Below, one piece after another: positions 49,724-62,212 of a DNA stretch of 64,000 nucleotides. The position numbers and the translations under genes were made by a program. Numbering within the stretch: position 1 is the first letter of the stretch; each line of letters opens with the position of its first letter. The notes beneath the pieces were generated by a model. It worked only from the letters and a program-made list of their open reading frames with translations, had not been told where the DNA came from and did not search any database. Where the stretch lies: contig JARDVH010000163.1 in NCBI GenBank assembly GCA_030324005.1, positions 102,806,411 through 102,870,410 of the forward strand. The letters run 5' to 3'. Origin of the DNA: Negaprion brevirostris (lineage: Eukaryota).

Positions 49724-52191
49724 ACATGATAAAGTGCTCCGACTATGCCGGACAGCCAAGGTCAAGTCAGGTCATCTAAGTATTAAATAATATTGCACAG
49801 CTGGCATTACAGCACTTCTGGCTCTTTGGAAAATGTTGCTGCGTCCGGCTAACATTTTTCGACAGACACTAGAAACTAAGGCCTTTATCCAAATTTGAAT
49901 CATTTAATACGATGAAGTGATCCGAATATGCTGGGACAGCCCAAATGTCTAGTCAGATCATTTTAGCTGTACAAATTGTTGNNNNNNNNNNNNNNNNNNN
50001 NNNNNNNNNNNNNNNNNNNNNNNNNNNNNNNNNNNNNNNNNNNNNNNNNNNNNNNNNNNNNNNNNNNNNNNNNNNNNNNNNNNNNNNNNNNNNNNNNNNN
50101 NNNNNNNNNNNNNNNNNNNNNNNNNNNNNNNNNNNNNNNNNNNNNNNNNNNNNNNNNNNNNNNNNNNNNNNNNNNNNNNNNNNNNNNNNNNNNNNNNNNN
50201 NNNNNNNNNNNNNNNNNNNNNNNNNNNNNNNNNNNNNNNNNNNNNNNNNNNNNNNNNNNNNNNNNNNNNNNNNNNNNNNNNNNNNNNNNNNNNNNNNNNN
50301 NNNNNNNNNNNNNNNNNNNNNNNNNNNNNNNNNNNNNNNNNNNNNNNNNNNNNNNNNNNNNNNNNNNNNNNNNNNNNNNNNNNNNNNNNNNNNNNNNNNN
50401 NNNNNNNNNNNNNNNNNNNNNNNNNNNNNNNNNNNNNNNNNNNNNNNNNNNNNNNNNNNNNNNNNNNNNNNNNNNNNNNNNNNNNNNNNNNNNNNNNNNN
50501 NNNNNNNNNNNNNNNNNNNNNNNNNNNNNNNNNNNNNNNNNNNNNNNNNNNNNNNNNNNNNNNNNNNNNNNNNNNNNNNNNNNNNNNNNNNNNNNGGAGG
50601 ATGCGGCGGCGCGGGCTCGTTGGGCCGAAGGGCCTGTTTCCCGTGCTGGGTTGTTCTTTGTTCTTTGTATAATATTTTTCTTCATAAATATGTTCATAAC
50701 AAATCCATAAATGCTTAACTAAAAAGTCATTATCTACTGGTGAAAAAAACAAACTTGTTTGTAGGACTTCATTTAGAATCAGTGCTAGGGTAGATTTTCA
50801 TTCTTGGATCTCAATCCATAGTTGAGGTGAAATGCAGGCCAGGAACCCAAATGTGCCAGCAATAGGACTCCAAAGGAGACGTGAGGAGATGGTTCTAGAA
50901 GTTCATCCAATTAAGGGCTGCAGGTGATCCCTGTAGCTAAAAGAGTCAGTTGGAGCACCTGAGGTTCTGAGCGACTGGCAGCCCTTTCAGAAGAGATGCT
51001 CAATACTGAAAAAGGTAGGAGAATGGGAGGTCATCTTACAACGGAAGCACCTACTGGTGATTTTAAAAGATTTTGTAAAGAATGGAGACTGCTGTGAGGC
51101 CATAACCACCACAGGATGGCCTGTGGGCACATCTGTGGGTCTCTACCAATCATAAATCTGGGGCAGGGAGGGGGGGGAAGTGTGGGGGAGTAGGAAATTA
51201 AATGAGGTATTGATGCTCTGCCCTGTCCTCCTCGTTCTGCCACTAGAAATCTGTCTCCATCCATTAGTCAGGCTTCCGCCTCTGTCAAGGGCCTGTAGAA
51301 TATCTGGAAAATTCCGTTCAGTGGCCTCAATGGATACCTGAAGTGACCTAATTGGCTACCTAACTCTGGCTGGCAGATAGCTGTCATTCCTTCCCAAACC
51401 GCCTCCATGAAAATACTGCACATCTTCCTTCTATTTATTTTTCAATTTCACCATTGCAGGTACAAAGACATTAGCTATTCATCGAACGCAGATAGTTCAA
51501 CGTTTATTTTACAGTCCCTTCTACTCAGCATAAATATGTAAGGATAAACTACTGAAACATTCTATTGCGGAAGATATCTTCCTAAAATAATGAAGGTGTG
51601 TTCGAGAGGAAATGCCATACTTAATACTCAAGTGGATTCTACAACATCAAAAACTTATTTACCAACTAACATGAGCCTTGTACTGTCAGAACACATGTCA
51701 CAGTATTGATGCTACAACTGTACTTTAATAAACAACGCCTTACAATTTACATCCCTTTAAGCTCCAAAAACATCAATTTGCTTTGTTTGTTCAGACATAT
51801 TTGTGGTGGTTAAAGAAAAGCCATGAGTACAATTGAGCAACTGGCTGTTCCAGATTGTTACTGCACACAACACAAAGATGTTTATCTTTTCAGTAGCCCC
51901 AGAGACAACGTCATGAATGAACAGTGTGTAAAAAGTTCAACCGCATCTTCACAACTACTTCTGTTACACACCCAATGGCCCGAGCAATAAGAAATTAATA
52001 ATATCACAATTCACACTGGGCCATCAGGGACACAATGAGTCATGGTTCACTGTTAGAAACCTTCAGACTAGAGGCTAATGAATCTCCAAGGTGAGGATTC
52101 AAAAGCCACAAAGAGTGTTTCCTTACATGGAGGAGTATTTCATTATCTACTTCACCATTGTATCCTTTGTTTATCATTCTGTTGCTCTTAC

Positions 52192-52296
52192 CTGAATAAG
52201 CCCAGTATGGATCCCCAGATTCTCTACGTCTGCGTACATGAATGACATTTTCAAACTCATTCTCCTGTAGTGATCCAACGTGATCTTCTGTCAAAG
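52192..52296 (-). CDS. PTPRG: Internal coding exon (exon 2) of receptor-type tyrosine-protein phosphatase gamma
   Basis: Minus-strand translation (A)[34 protein letters not shown](G) aligns to recalled human [41 protein letters not shown]. Acceptor ttttgttttttcctag|CT, donor TCAG|gtaagag, 105 nt, phase 1-1. Confidence 0.96.
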
Positions 52297-55200
52297 CTAG
52301 GAAAAAACAAAATGTAGATAATGTAACTGGCGTTGCACTGGATTTATTTTGTAAATTTTCCACATAATACGCTCGCAATTTGGAAAATAATAAACACATA
52401 TCCATTAAACTCATGATAGTCAGTTGCTGTAGAATCAAATAGAGTCCATTTTTATTTAGTTTCGATTTACTCACATAGTGGAACATTACAGTATATAGCT
52501 CCTAACTCAACCCTCACCCCAATGTCTGTAAGTGCCTTTTTATATGAGCTCAAGTAACAACTCAGTCAATGCCCTCCGCCTGCATATGGTTATTCACAGT
52601 TGATATAAAATTAACAATGTACACAGATTTTCTTGAAGCAATATTTATTTTCCAGAATTATTCAGGGTCTTTAAAATAGATGCTGTGATAATTTGAGTTC
52701 ATGTCCATGTAAGTAGGATGGTAACAAAATCATTGTGCAAAATATTTTCTTTTAAAAATTGTGGATATACCACAAAATCTCCAAAAGGTTTACATGTGGT
52801 AAAGCATGAGAAGATAACATCTGAACTTCAAATAAGTTTTTTAAAAACAGCAATTTATGGCTTTTTTGTTTTGTTTTTCTCAGAGCCACTCTTGTGTTAT
52901 CAAAGTTACTGCTCTAACAAATTCTCAGATCAGAAAGCACATTGCTCAACTCCTCAGAAAAATATGCACCTAAAGTGCTGGATTACTCATGTTTTGATAT
53001 TTTGTTCTTTTGTATCTTGTGTCACATTTACTTAGCATCTCTTTTGAAAATCACCGTGGGTTGAATTTCATAGTTCCCCACAGGATGTGTGGGGCAGGAG
53101 GAAGAGGGGTAATTGAGAAAACCACTTCCCACATTAAAGTGATGGGGGCATTGGAGGTGGGGAATTGACGGGAGATGCAAAACTCACTCCACCTCTATTC
53201 TTATACCTAACGGACCCCACATCCCACTTTTTCCAATAAGAATGATACATGATTGCCTATACCAAGACAACAAGGCATTGTTGATAACCAAGAATTACGA
53301 TCAAGTACCTAAGAAATGACTGCTCAGATTCAAAGCTAAAAGTCTAGTTATACTAAAGTGTCTTGAGCGTAGCATTGCAATCATAGATCACACTCAAAGA
53401 CTTTGTTGCCATTGTTAATTTCTGTTCTCCTAGCCAAATTCATACTTCCCAAATAAAGCACTAGATAGTAAAGCTTTAGACTCCTCTTAGATAGAATCAT
53501 TCAAAGTATATTACCTCTGTACGAGAGAGTTTCACATAGCATTTAACTAAATCCAAAAAACTCATCTTTCTAAGACTGTCATATCCACACGTATCTGAGG
53601 ATTGGCAGAAGCTGGCTGTAAACATTTAATCAATAACAACTGTAAGAATGTGTAAATGATGGAAATAAGCAAAAAAAACAGAAAATTAGGGAAACCCGTT
53701 GTGGAGGAAAAATAGCCAAAACTTTTGGCAGTTAGACCCAGGAAAAAAAAAATTAACTATACTTAAACAGAGATAGAACAAAGGAACTTTGAGGGAAAGG
53801 AGAAACACACACAGACATAAGAAGTATGATTGGAATGCCCTTTGATGTGATTAAATGAAAAACTATGAAGTTAGTAGATGGCTTAAGTAATACCAACATG
53901 AGGAAATATAAAGAGGAATAAAACAATAGAAATTAAAACAAAATAAATTAAAAGACACAGGAGGGACAGAATCATTCCAAGATTGGAACGGGATGAGTTG
54001 TCAAAGAGTAGGTCCTCCAGCAAATTGAGAAGGAAAACATGCTAACGAACATACAGAAAATTTTGAAAATATTCAGTTCTTGTTTAACGTCTTGTTGGTT
54101 CTCTGAAGTCTGCTTTGATACCGAGACACACAGATTAAGTCAATTCCTTTTTTGCATAATCTCAAGTCATCTCAGATAGAGGCAGAGTGGGATGGGTGGC
54201 AGAGAAAGAAGGGACAATTGAGCACTGCATTTTGTTTCAGGAACCACTGGAGGGTAAAAGTATGTGAAATACATCAGCCATGATTCCTTTTCCTTTACCT
54301 ACAGATGTCAACTGCAAAGTCCTTGTATAGTTAAGCTCTTGACTGAATAACCTAATGACAATTATTACAGAAGCTTATCCTACCTAAATAATATTAGCAT
54401 ACATAAAGGGACCTTTATATTATTTCCTTGATACTTCTAAAAACAAAAGGCTCCTATTTAAATTGCATTTTGAGCAAGGAGATGTTCAATGAAATCTTGA
54501 ATTTGCTGCCAGTGATGCCATGCTTCTCTAGAGGTGGGCTGTTTTGGTCCCCCAGTATGCAAATAATCAGAAATTATTGAACTGATCAAAATCTCTACTC
54601 TTAGTCTCATAGTAAAAGCCCTCAAAAATGTTTTGCCTTGTTTAATGGGTTGTAACTGGGCTTTTAAACAGGGTATTAATTTCATAGTTACATTGTAAAC
54701 TGTCCAATTTGGAAATCCAAAATCTGCAAACACTAGCTGACACAAATTATTTCTCCAAAGACCCACACAATCTTTCTTGGAAGGGAAATTATCCTCAGTT
54801 TTTTTTAGGAAAAATTATTATCCTATTTCCCCTACCCAGGTTCTGTTGGTAATACTAATTCTGGGTCACCTAATATCACCTGTTCCCTTGCCGTCATCAC
54901 TTTAGTACAGCACAGTACATTAGTAACATGGAAGATACAGTATTTACATGAGTAAAACAATTTGTATTAGTTCTTCACAATGTTTTATCATTGTTTATGT
55001 TTCAGGCACAAAATTACATTCTGATCACCACACTTGTTATTAGGCATTCCAGCTTTATTCTATATTCCAGAAAATTTCAAAATATAGAAATGCCTTGCCC
55101 CGTACAATCCAAACCAGAGGGGTTCTGGTATCCTGCTAAACAGCCTCTCTGGCCCAGAGAAAGTTATTTTATATTTGTTGAATGCTATTTTTTTTTTGAT

Positions 55201-55482
55201 TTATAAGAAATTTCTTATAATTTTGAAGAATATTTTTAAAATGTTTTGATATTTTAGCTTCTATGTATTGTATGCCCATGTTATGTCCAAATCATTTATT
55301 TTACAATCTGCAAAATATAAAAATTAAAAGTGAAGGAATTCATTGCTTTTTACTTTGTGTTGTGCTGTCTGGGAGAGTATTTCAATGTGATTTGCAACTT
55401 ACTACCTAGCTTGGCATCATAATTGTTATTGGAAGCTGCAACTTCTCTCCTCAACTTGGTGCCAGATTCAAGGTGACATCAG

Positions 55483-55562
55483 GAAACATAAGAACATAAG
55501 AACATAAGAAATAGGAGCAGGAGTAGGCCATCTAGCCCTTGGAGCCTGCCCCGCCATTCAAT
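55483..55562 (-). mobile_element. CR1-type LINE 3' tail (runs into gap)
   Basis: aacataag repeats then aaataggagcaggagtaggccat; same family as 19735. Confidence 0.88.
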
Positions 55563-57474
55563 NNNNNNNNNNNNNNNNNNNNNNNNNNNNNNNNNNNNNN
55601 NNNNNNNNNNNNNNNNNNNNNNNNNNNNNNNNNNNNNNNNNNNNNNNNNNNNNNNNNNNNNNGGGCAGTCTGTGTCAGAGAAACTACTCGGTCTTTGTGG
55701 GCAGCTTTCTTTGAGGTCAGTGATGAGCACCATTGCTTCTCCATTAGCCACAAAACCAATCAATACATATTCAATTTCAGAAAGGCATGGAGGAAGTATT
55801 GAAATTGACTTATCTGAATAAACATAATAAATGGATAAGCCTTTGCTTAAAATGTTGGCTGAAAAAGAGCTATGTAGGCAAATGATTAACAGTTTACTTA
55901 GCTCATGGACAAGAAGCAGGTTGTATAGCTCCATTAATGCAATAGCCCTAATCCAATGACCCTCTCCACTTCCTATATTCCCATTTATTTTGGCAACCTA
56001 TCTAATCCATTCTTAAATGTTCTGTGGCCATTCCTCCAATCCCAAATTCTGGTGATACATTTCACAGCCAAACAACAGATTTTACTTCCTCTCTTTCCCA
56101 AATCTCACATTTAGTTTTACATCTAAGTTCATTTGTTCTATGTCTCTCAGAAAGTGGAACCTGTTTTATTCCACTCTGATCCCATCCCTTCATATCTTAA
56201 AAATGTTTGACAAATAACATATTAACCTCAATGAGGGCTCTATGCACTAAGCAATTGTGATAAGTCTTACTCAGCTAATTTGAGTTGAAATGGGAAAATA
56301 TAACTGAATGATGAAACTCACTAACTGACACTGAAAAAGTATGTTAGTTTGAGATAATTGAAGGGTATGCTGAATGGCAGGTATCCCACAGTGATTGCCT
56401 TTTTAAGTAAATCCACTGTTATGCTATCAGCCTCACTGTCTTTGATGATGCAATTCACAAGATCAGTGAGGGAGGAAGAAAAAAATAAGGAAAGCTGTTT
56501 CTAGACCAAGAAAGGGAATTTTGCACATAATAGGGAAAAACACAACACTGCCATGGGACAGGNNNNNNNNNNNNNNNNNNNNNNNNNNNNNNNNNNNNNN
56601 NNNNNNNNNNNNNNNNNNNNNNNNGCCACTGAATAGGTGGACAATAGAAATCTTGCATGATCCCAATATCCCTTTTGTGGATCTGCGTTACATTCAAACA
56701 GCCTTCCTGGCTACCATCTCAAGAAACAGGAAGCATGTAACCTTGACATTGTGTTCAACTCAATGTTCCACTCTCATAACCATCTTTGCAATATTTATCA
56801 ATCTCTGGCCCAACCTTTACTGCCAAAATCCTACCCCGTCTTCATCACTGTACAGATTCAACTCTCCCATGTTCTGTTGTATCGTCTGAACAACATCAAC
56901 TCCCCACAAATTTCAACCAAGTCAAAATCATTCTGTTTCCCTCCTAACCTGTACTGAAGAAGCTATGCACCAATCATTCACACGCTTTTCAAAGCTCCAT
57001 GGCTCTCATGCCTCAGTGTTAAATCAATATTTAATCAAATCACACTCTTTATTCCTTCATCATTAGGCTTCAAAGCCTTCAGTTCCCCCAGTCCACCACA
57101 GGTGGCCACAAAGTACTACTACAACCCTGTCCTTCAGAATTTTCTAATCAGTCCTCNNNNNNNNNNNNNNNNNNNNNNNNNNNNNNNNNNNNNNNNNNNN
57201 NNNNNNNNNNNNNNNNNNNNNNNNNNNNNNNNNNNNNNNNNNNNNNNNNNNNNNNNNNNNNNNNNNNNNNNNNNNNNNNNNNNNNNNNNNNNNNNNNNNN
57301 NNNNNNNNNNNNNNNNNNNNNNNNNNNNNNNNNNNNNNNNNNNNNNNNNNNNNNNNNNNNGCCATCCTGCAGCTACGGATCCCACTGCAGGAAGTTGCCT
57401 TCAGTGTGACCGGAGATACTGCTGGTGGAAATGGTTGGAAAGTTCAGCCCTGTGGCTACAAGAGTTGATTAAAA

Positions 57475-57760
57475 GCTCAGAATTCTGCAGGAAGTAACTC
57501 ACCTTTGATCATCCAAAGTCTGTCCACCATCCAGAAATCACTATGATTGGATACTCTCCATTTGCCTGGGTGAGTGCAGCTCCAACAACACTCAAGTAGT
57601 TTGACGTCATCCAAGGCAAAGCAGCTTGCCTGACTGGCACACCATCCCCAAATATTCACTCCGTCATCGTTGGGACAGTGGCAGTAGTGTGTCATCTGAC
57701 AACACTTTTCTAGGATCACTATCATCTGCAAAGCCAAGGGCAGCAGGTGGATGGCTGAGC
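57475..57760 (+). mobile_element. LINE (CR1/L2 clade) C-terminal fragment
   Basis: tactctccatttgcctgggtgagtgcagctccaacaacactcaag..tgacgtcatccaaggcaaagcagc (YSPFAWVSAAPTTLK). Confidence 0.75.
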
Positions 57761-58269
57761 ATGCGAGGCTGAGCTGGGAATGACTTATGATAGGGAAATA
57801 CAAACACCGCAAAGTAATGAACTGAAGACAAACTCAAAAAAGTGTTTCTTCAGCCTTTGATGGAAAATAGACGTGGATTTGCTACATTTGCATTTTGCCA
57901 TTAGGCCTCAATTCACCTTGCTGCTGAATCCCTGTGGCAGCCAGGACTAGGGAATCCAATGGCTCCAGCACAAAAAAGGCAAGGATGCCATTTTAAACTT
58001 AATCAATGACTTTGTCTGCTGCTGACTGGAGGATCTGGGCCATTAACTCATGGCATTCATTCATGCTCATGCAACACTGGCTCAGGGTAGGTCAAGGACG
58101 CTCAAGAGAATAGGCATTTCTGTAATATCTGGAAACTAAGGCAAGATAAGGGCAATTTTTGAAAAATAATTATTAAGAATACAGATACAAAACTTAAGGT
58201 GCCATAAACAAAGCCTCCACAAAATGCTTGAAACTCTGAATAGCTGCAGCAAGAGGTAATGAGAAAAAG

Positions 58270-58635
58270 AAGAAAGAATGACTTGTATTTATATAGCACT
58301 TTACACGACAAAGCGTTTTATAGTCAATGAAGTACGTTTTGAAGTGTAGTAATGGATGAAACACGGCAGATAATTTGCACTCAGCCAACTCCCACAAATA
58401 GCAATGTGACAATGACAATCAACTTCTTCTAGTGGTGTTGATTGAAAGATAAATATTTGGCCAGGACACTGATGGATAATCCCCTCTTCTTCAAAATATT
58501 GCCATGGTATCTTTTCAAGTTACTCGAACTGGCAGATAGGGCTTTGGATTAACATTCAAAAAAAATGACACCTACTCCNNNNATTCCTTTGGTACTGCAC
58601 TGGAATATTAGCCTAGGCTATTGTCCTCAAGTTTC
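58270..58635 (-). mobile_element. DeuSINE (SacSINE1/AmnSINE1-like)
   Basis: ttgtatttatatagcacttt..., caatgaagtacgttttgaagtgtagt, aatttgcactcagc, gataaatatttggccaggacac, gccatggtatctttt, gtactgcactgga. Confidence 0.88.
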
Positions 58636-59094
58636 AAGATCAACTGTAAAAAATAAATGCGGTGCAAAAAAAAGCAATGATCAAAGAGTCAAAAGCATAA
58701 ACAACTTTGGTATAGTCAAAATTGTGTATTCGTAATGTAAATCTTTTGAAAGCAGAGTTAAAACAAGTGAATAGGGCCCATATTGAGCCTACACCTTTGT
58801 AACTCAACATTATTACAAGCACGCTACTCTTCTTTGAGGCTCTTCCCGAGTTGGTGCGCTGAAAAATTAAATTCTTTTATTAAGAGCGTTTATTTGATTG
58901 AGGAAGCTTCAGGCTAAACCACATCCAACAACCGGTTGTGAAGCTCTGTTCACATCTTGACAGCTGTGACAAATTCCACTACAGCAGCAGAGACACTCCA
59001 TTACACTCTAAACAATCAACAATATTTTAAATAAAACAACCCACAACATCTAAAAAAAATTCACCCCACCTCCCAATATTATTAGATTATTTAA

Positions 59095-59260
59095 AAACAT
59101 CCAGGATTCAGATCCAAATCTGTACCTTTGCCCAAAAAAACTAATTGGTTCTTCTTTGGGCAACACTGTGTACCAAGTTTCATTGAAATCTCTTCATTAG
59201 TTTTTGAGTTATGTTGTTTACAGACAAACAGGTTCTCAAACAAGGGCAAAACATTCCATA
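59095..59260 (+). mobile_element. Possible Helentron-associated (DINE-1/HINE-like) non-autonomous fragment
   Basis: ggattcagatcc..., accaagtttcattgaaatc, agtttttgagttatg...acagacaaacag, gggcaaaacat resemble recalled DINE-like element cores. Confidence 0.5.
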
Positions 59261-61084
59261 ATAAACTACATACCATAACATGTCACTGATTATCAACCAG
59301 GTCTGGTCAGCCAGCCCAATCCATGAATATTAATGCAAAAACAAAGATGAGGAATTATATAGTCCACCCAAGGGTAAAGAGCTCATCAATCCAAGAAAAA
59401 TGCAACATGTTGAAATCTTTGAAATGGGGCATAGTTTTAATGCTTGAGCAATGACATATTTTCGGAGGAAAGTAAAATTCTGAAGCAGTCAAGGACAGGA
59501 AGTTTTCTGACTGCTCCCTTCATCTTGAAAAGTGTTTGTATGCTTGACAGCTGCAAGTAATTGGCTTCATGGCTAAGCAATAAAGAATATATTTGCAAGC
59601 CCCAAAGTGTTTACAGTGCATAAACTAAAACAGGAGAAAACATGACACAATCAAACATTTCTTTATGAAATAACAACTTCACATTTATTTGTAGCTCAAT
59701 TGTCCTAAAAGTTCAGCTGTAAGTTTCACTTGAGCTAGGCTTTTACATTTTTTTTTTAGTTTCATGGGCCATTCTCTATAGCCCTGTGGGCCCTAGTGGA
59801 CCACGTAAATGAATGTTCCCATTCAGTTGCACATAGCGCAATCTGCCAATACAAACTACATCTGATTGTTCAGCTGATGCTGATAAAGTACTTCAAATTT
59901 GTTCTAGGAACCAACCTCTTAAAACGTCCGATTAGAAGAAATAAACATGAGCAGAGCAATGGAATATGCAAGATCCCCAAAAGGAAGGCAGGTCTGACAG
60001 CCAGGGCTTGTAAGGCAAATGTGCTTTGGATACCCCAGATTTAAATAATGAATGTATTAGACCATTGTATTTACCTTTTTTTTAAAATAAAGCCCTTGTG
60101 CATATAAAAACTTCAAGGGTGAAAAGCAATGCATTTGATAAGGTATCTATAGTTCTGATAGACCTGAATTTAATTTTATAATTGAACATTACAGATGTTC
60201 AACACTATTTGAAAATTCATCATTTCTTTATTACAAATTGTACTCGTCAGTGGCTGCTTAATGATCTCCAACATAAAGGAACATTGTCTGAATTTTCAAA
60301 AAGCAAGTAATTGCATTTCATCTGGGCAAAAAATATTTCAAGGTGAGTCTCATTGATACCAGTTTAGACTAACAGCTGGGAGATTTGCATTACAATGACA
60401 GAAAAGTTGGATTTTTGAATAAATTCACCCTCTTTTTGGCACCATTAATGGACTTCTGAATGGGGAAGTCCAGATGCATCAGGTGCAAACATATATCAGA
60501 GGAAAATGGAAAGAAAAGAAATGCATCATTGGTCTTACAACTATGATACAAACTTGAACAAATATTTTACACAAAACTTTCAGAAAAAGTGGGTAGAATT
60601 TAACGAAGGCATCACAGATCCCGGCAAGAGTCACAGGTGGGCAGCGTTGCCATTTGGGGTGGAAGCAGCAGGCTGAAGACAATCATGCAATGACCAGCCA
60701 AATAGTTAGAGTTGGAGGCACATGTCCAAGCAAGTGACGGAACTAAGAAAGGAAAGCGGAAATCCCGGCAACAGCTGATGACAGCACAAACGATGGCTGC
60801 CACCATTTTAAATACTAGCCAGATCTGTCTGTAATGTCTTCAAGCTCCCTGACTATTTTTCTGTCTGCAAACCAGAGGAATTGCCATGTAGCTCAGGATC
60901 TTCAGCATCAAGCCCGAAAAGAGTGATAAAGAAAATTTCGATACATTAGTGGCCACAACAGCCATTTTCAGTTTTGTGTCTGCAGTCTTCAGTGAAGAAA
61001 GTGAGGCAAGTAGAGCTGGGGAATAGCGCAAGCCTCTAGGCCTCATGGTCGATCTGATAGTAACCTCAAATATGAATCTGGTTT

Positions 61085-61360
61085 AATCCCAATAACCTAT
61101 CACCGCCTTGCTTACCAAGAATCTCCCCACCTCTGTATCAAAAATACTCAAAGACTCTGCTTCTACAGCTTTTTCAGGAAGAGAGAGTTCTGATGGATCA
61201 CGATCCTCAGAAGAAATTTTTCCTCATCTCAGTTTTAAATGGGCAACACCTTATTTTTAAACAGTGACTCCTAGTTCTAGATTTGCCCACAAGAGGAAAC
61301 ATCATCTCCACATCCGCCATGGCAAGATCGCTCAGGATCTTATATGTTTCAATCAAGTTG
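61085..61360 (-). mobile_element. CR1-type LINE 3' fragment
   Basis: agaagaaatttttcctcatctcagttttaaatgggcaacaccttatttttaaacagtgactcctagttctag...tcaggatcttatatgtttcaatcaag. Confidence 0.85.
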
Positions 61361-61504
61361 TGAGGGTATTATAGTAAGTTGAAGAAACGGCTGACCACTC
61401 ATGAGAATGATATCTATTGGAATATGCTGAAAATTAGGTGTTCTGTAGCCTTCTGAACACATATTTTGAGGCCTATGACTACTGTTGCAGGCGACAAATA
61501 TAGA

Positions 61505-62212
61505 ATTAGTGGCTTAGGCACAACCACCTTCAACTGCTTCATCAATGGCTTTCCTTTCATCACAAGATTAGAAATGGGGATGTTCACTGATGATTGCACA
61601 ATGTTCAGAACCAATTGCAACTCCTCAGATACTGAAGGAGTCCATGCCCAAATGTAGCAAGATCAGGACAAACCCAAGCTGGGGCTGACACACAGCAAAT
61701 CATAATTGCACCAGACAATGACTATCTCCAATAACAGAATCCAACCATTGCCCCTAGACATTCGACTGCATTGCCATCACTACCTCCCTCACTGTCAATT
61801 TCTGTGGGTGCGTATATGGGGGGGGAGTGGGTGGTTGGTGTTTACCATTAGTCCAGTTCAGTTCCTGGTCAGTCACATAAATACTGTTGCTACCAGAGCA
61901 GGTCAGAGGCTCAGAACCCTGAGGCATGTATGTCATTGATGAGATGCATAGTTAGAACTCACCAAGACACAACAGGCAGCACCTTGCAAACTCATGACCA
62001 CTACGATCAAGAAGAACAAGGGCAGCAGACACATGGGACACCACCACCTGGAAGTTCTCCTCCAAGCCACTCACCATCCAGATCTACACCACATGGACTG
62101 CAGCAGTTCAAGAAAGTAGCTCACCACCAACTTCTCAAGGGCAATTAGGGATAGACAATAAATGCTAGCCCAGTCAGTGATGCCCACATCCCAAGAATAG
62201 ATAAAAATAAAC
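61505..62212 (+). mobile_element. LINE (CR1/L2 clade) RT to 3' end
   Basis: LGTTTFNCFINGFPFITRLEMGMFTDDCTMF; SHINTVATRAGQRL; tail gggcaattagggatagacaataaatgct...gatgcccacatcccaagaat. Confidence 0.88.

Larger units (their letters stand above)
1..52191 (-). other. PTPRG: PTPRG intron 2 (partial; exon 3 not in window)
   Basis: Lies downstream of the exon 2 donor on the minus strand. No match to the expected exon 3 peptide (AYGPEHW...) was seen, although N gaps could hide one. Introns 1 and 2 of PTPRG are very large in other vertebrates. Confidence 0.8.

Noticed and set aside
52040-52486. 148-aa ORF as a standalone gene
   Set aside because: Only 52192-52296 matches PTPRG and it has canonical splice sites; the rest is intronic read-through.
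55201-55220. Perfect 20-bp palindrome ttataagaaatttcttataa
   Set aside because: Short and very AT-rich with no supporting context; no function can be argued.
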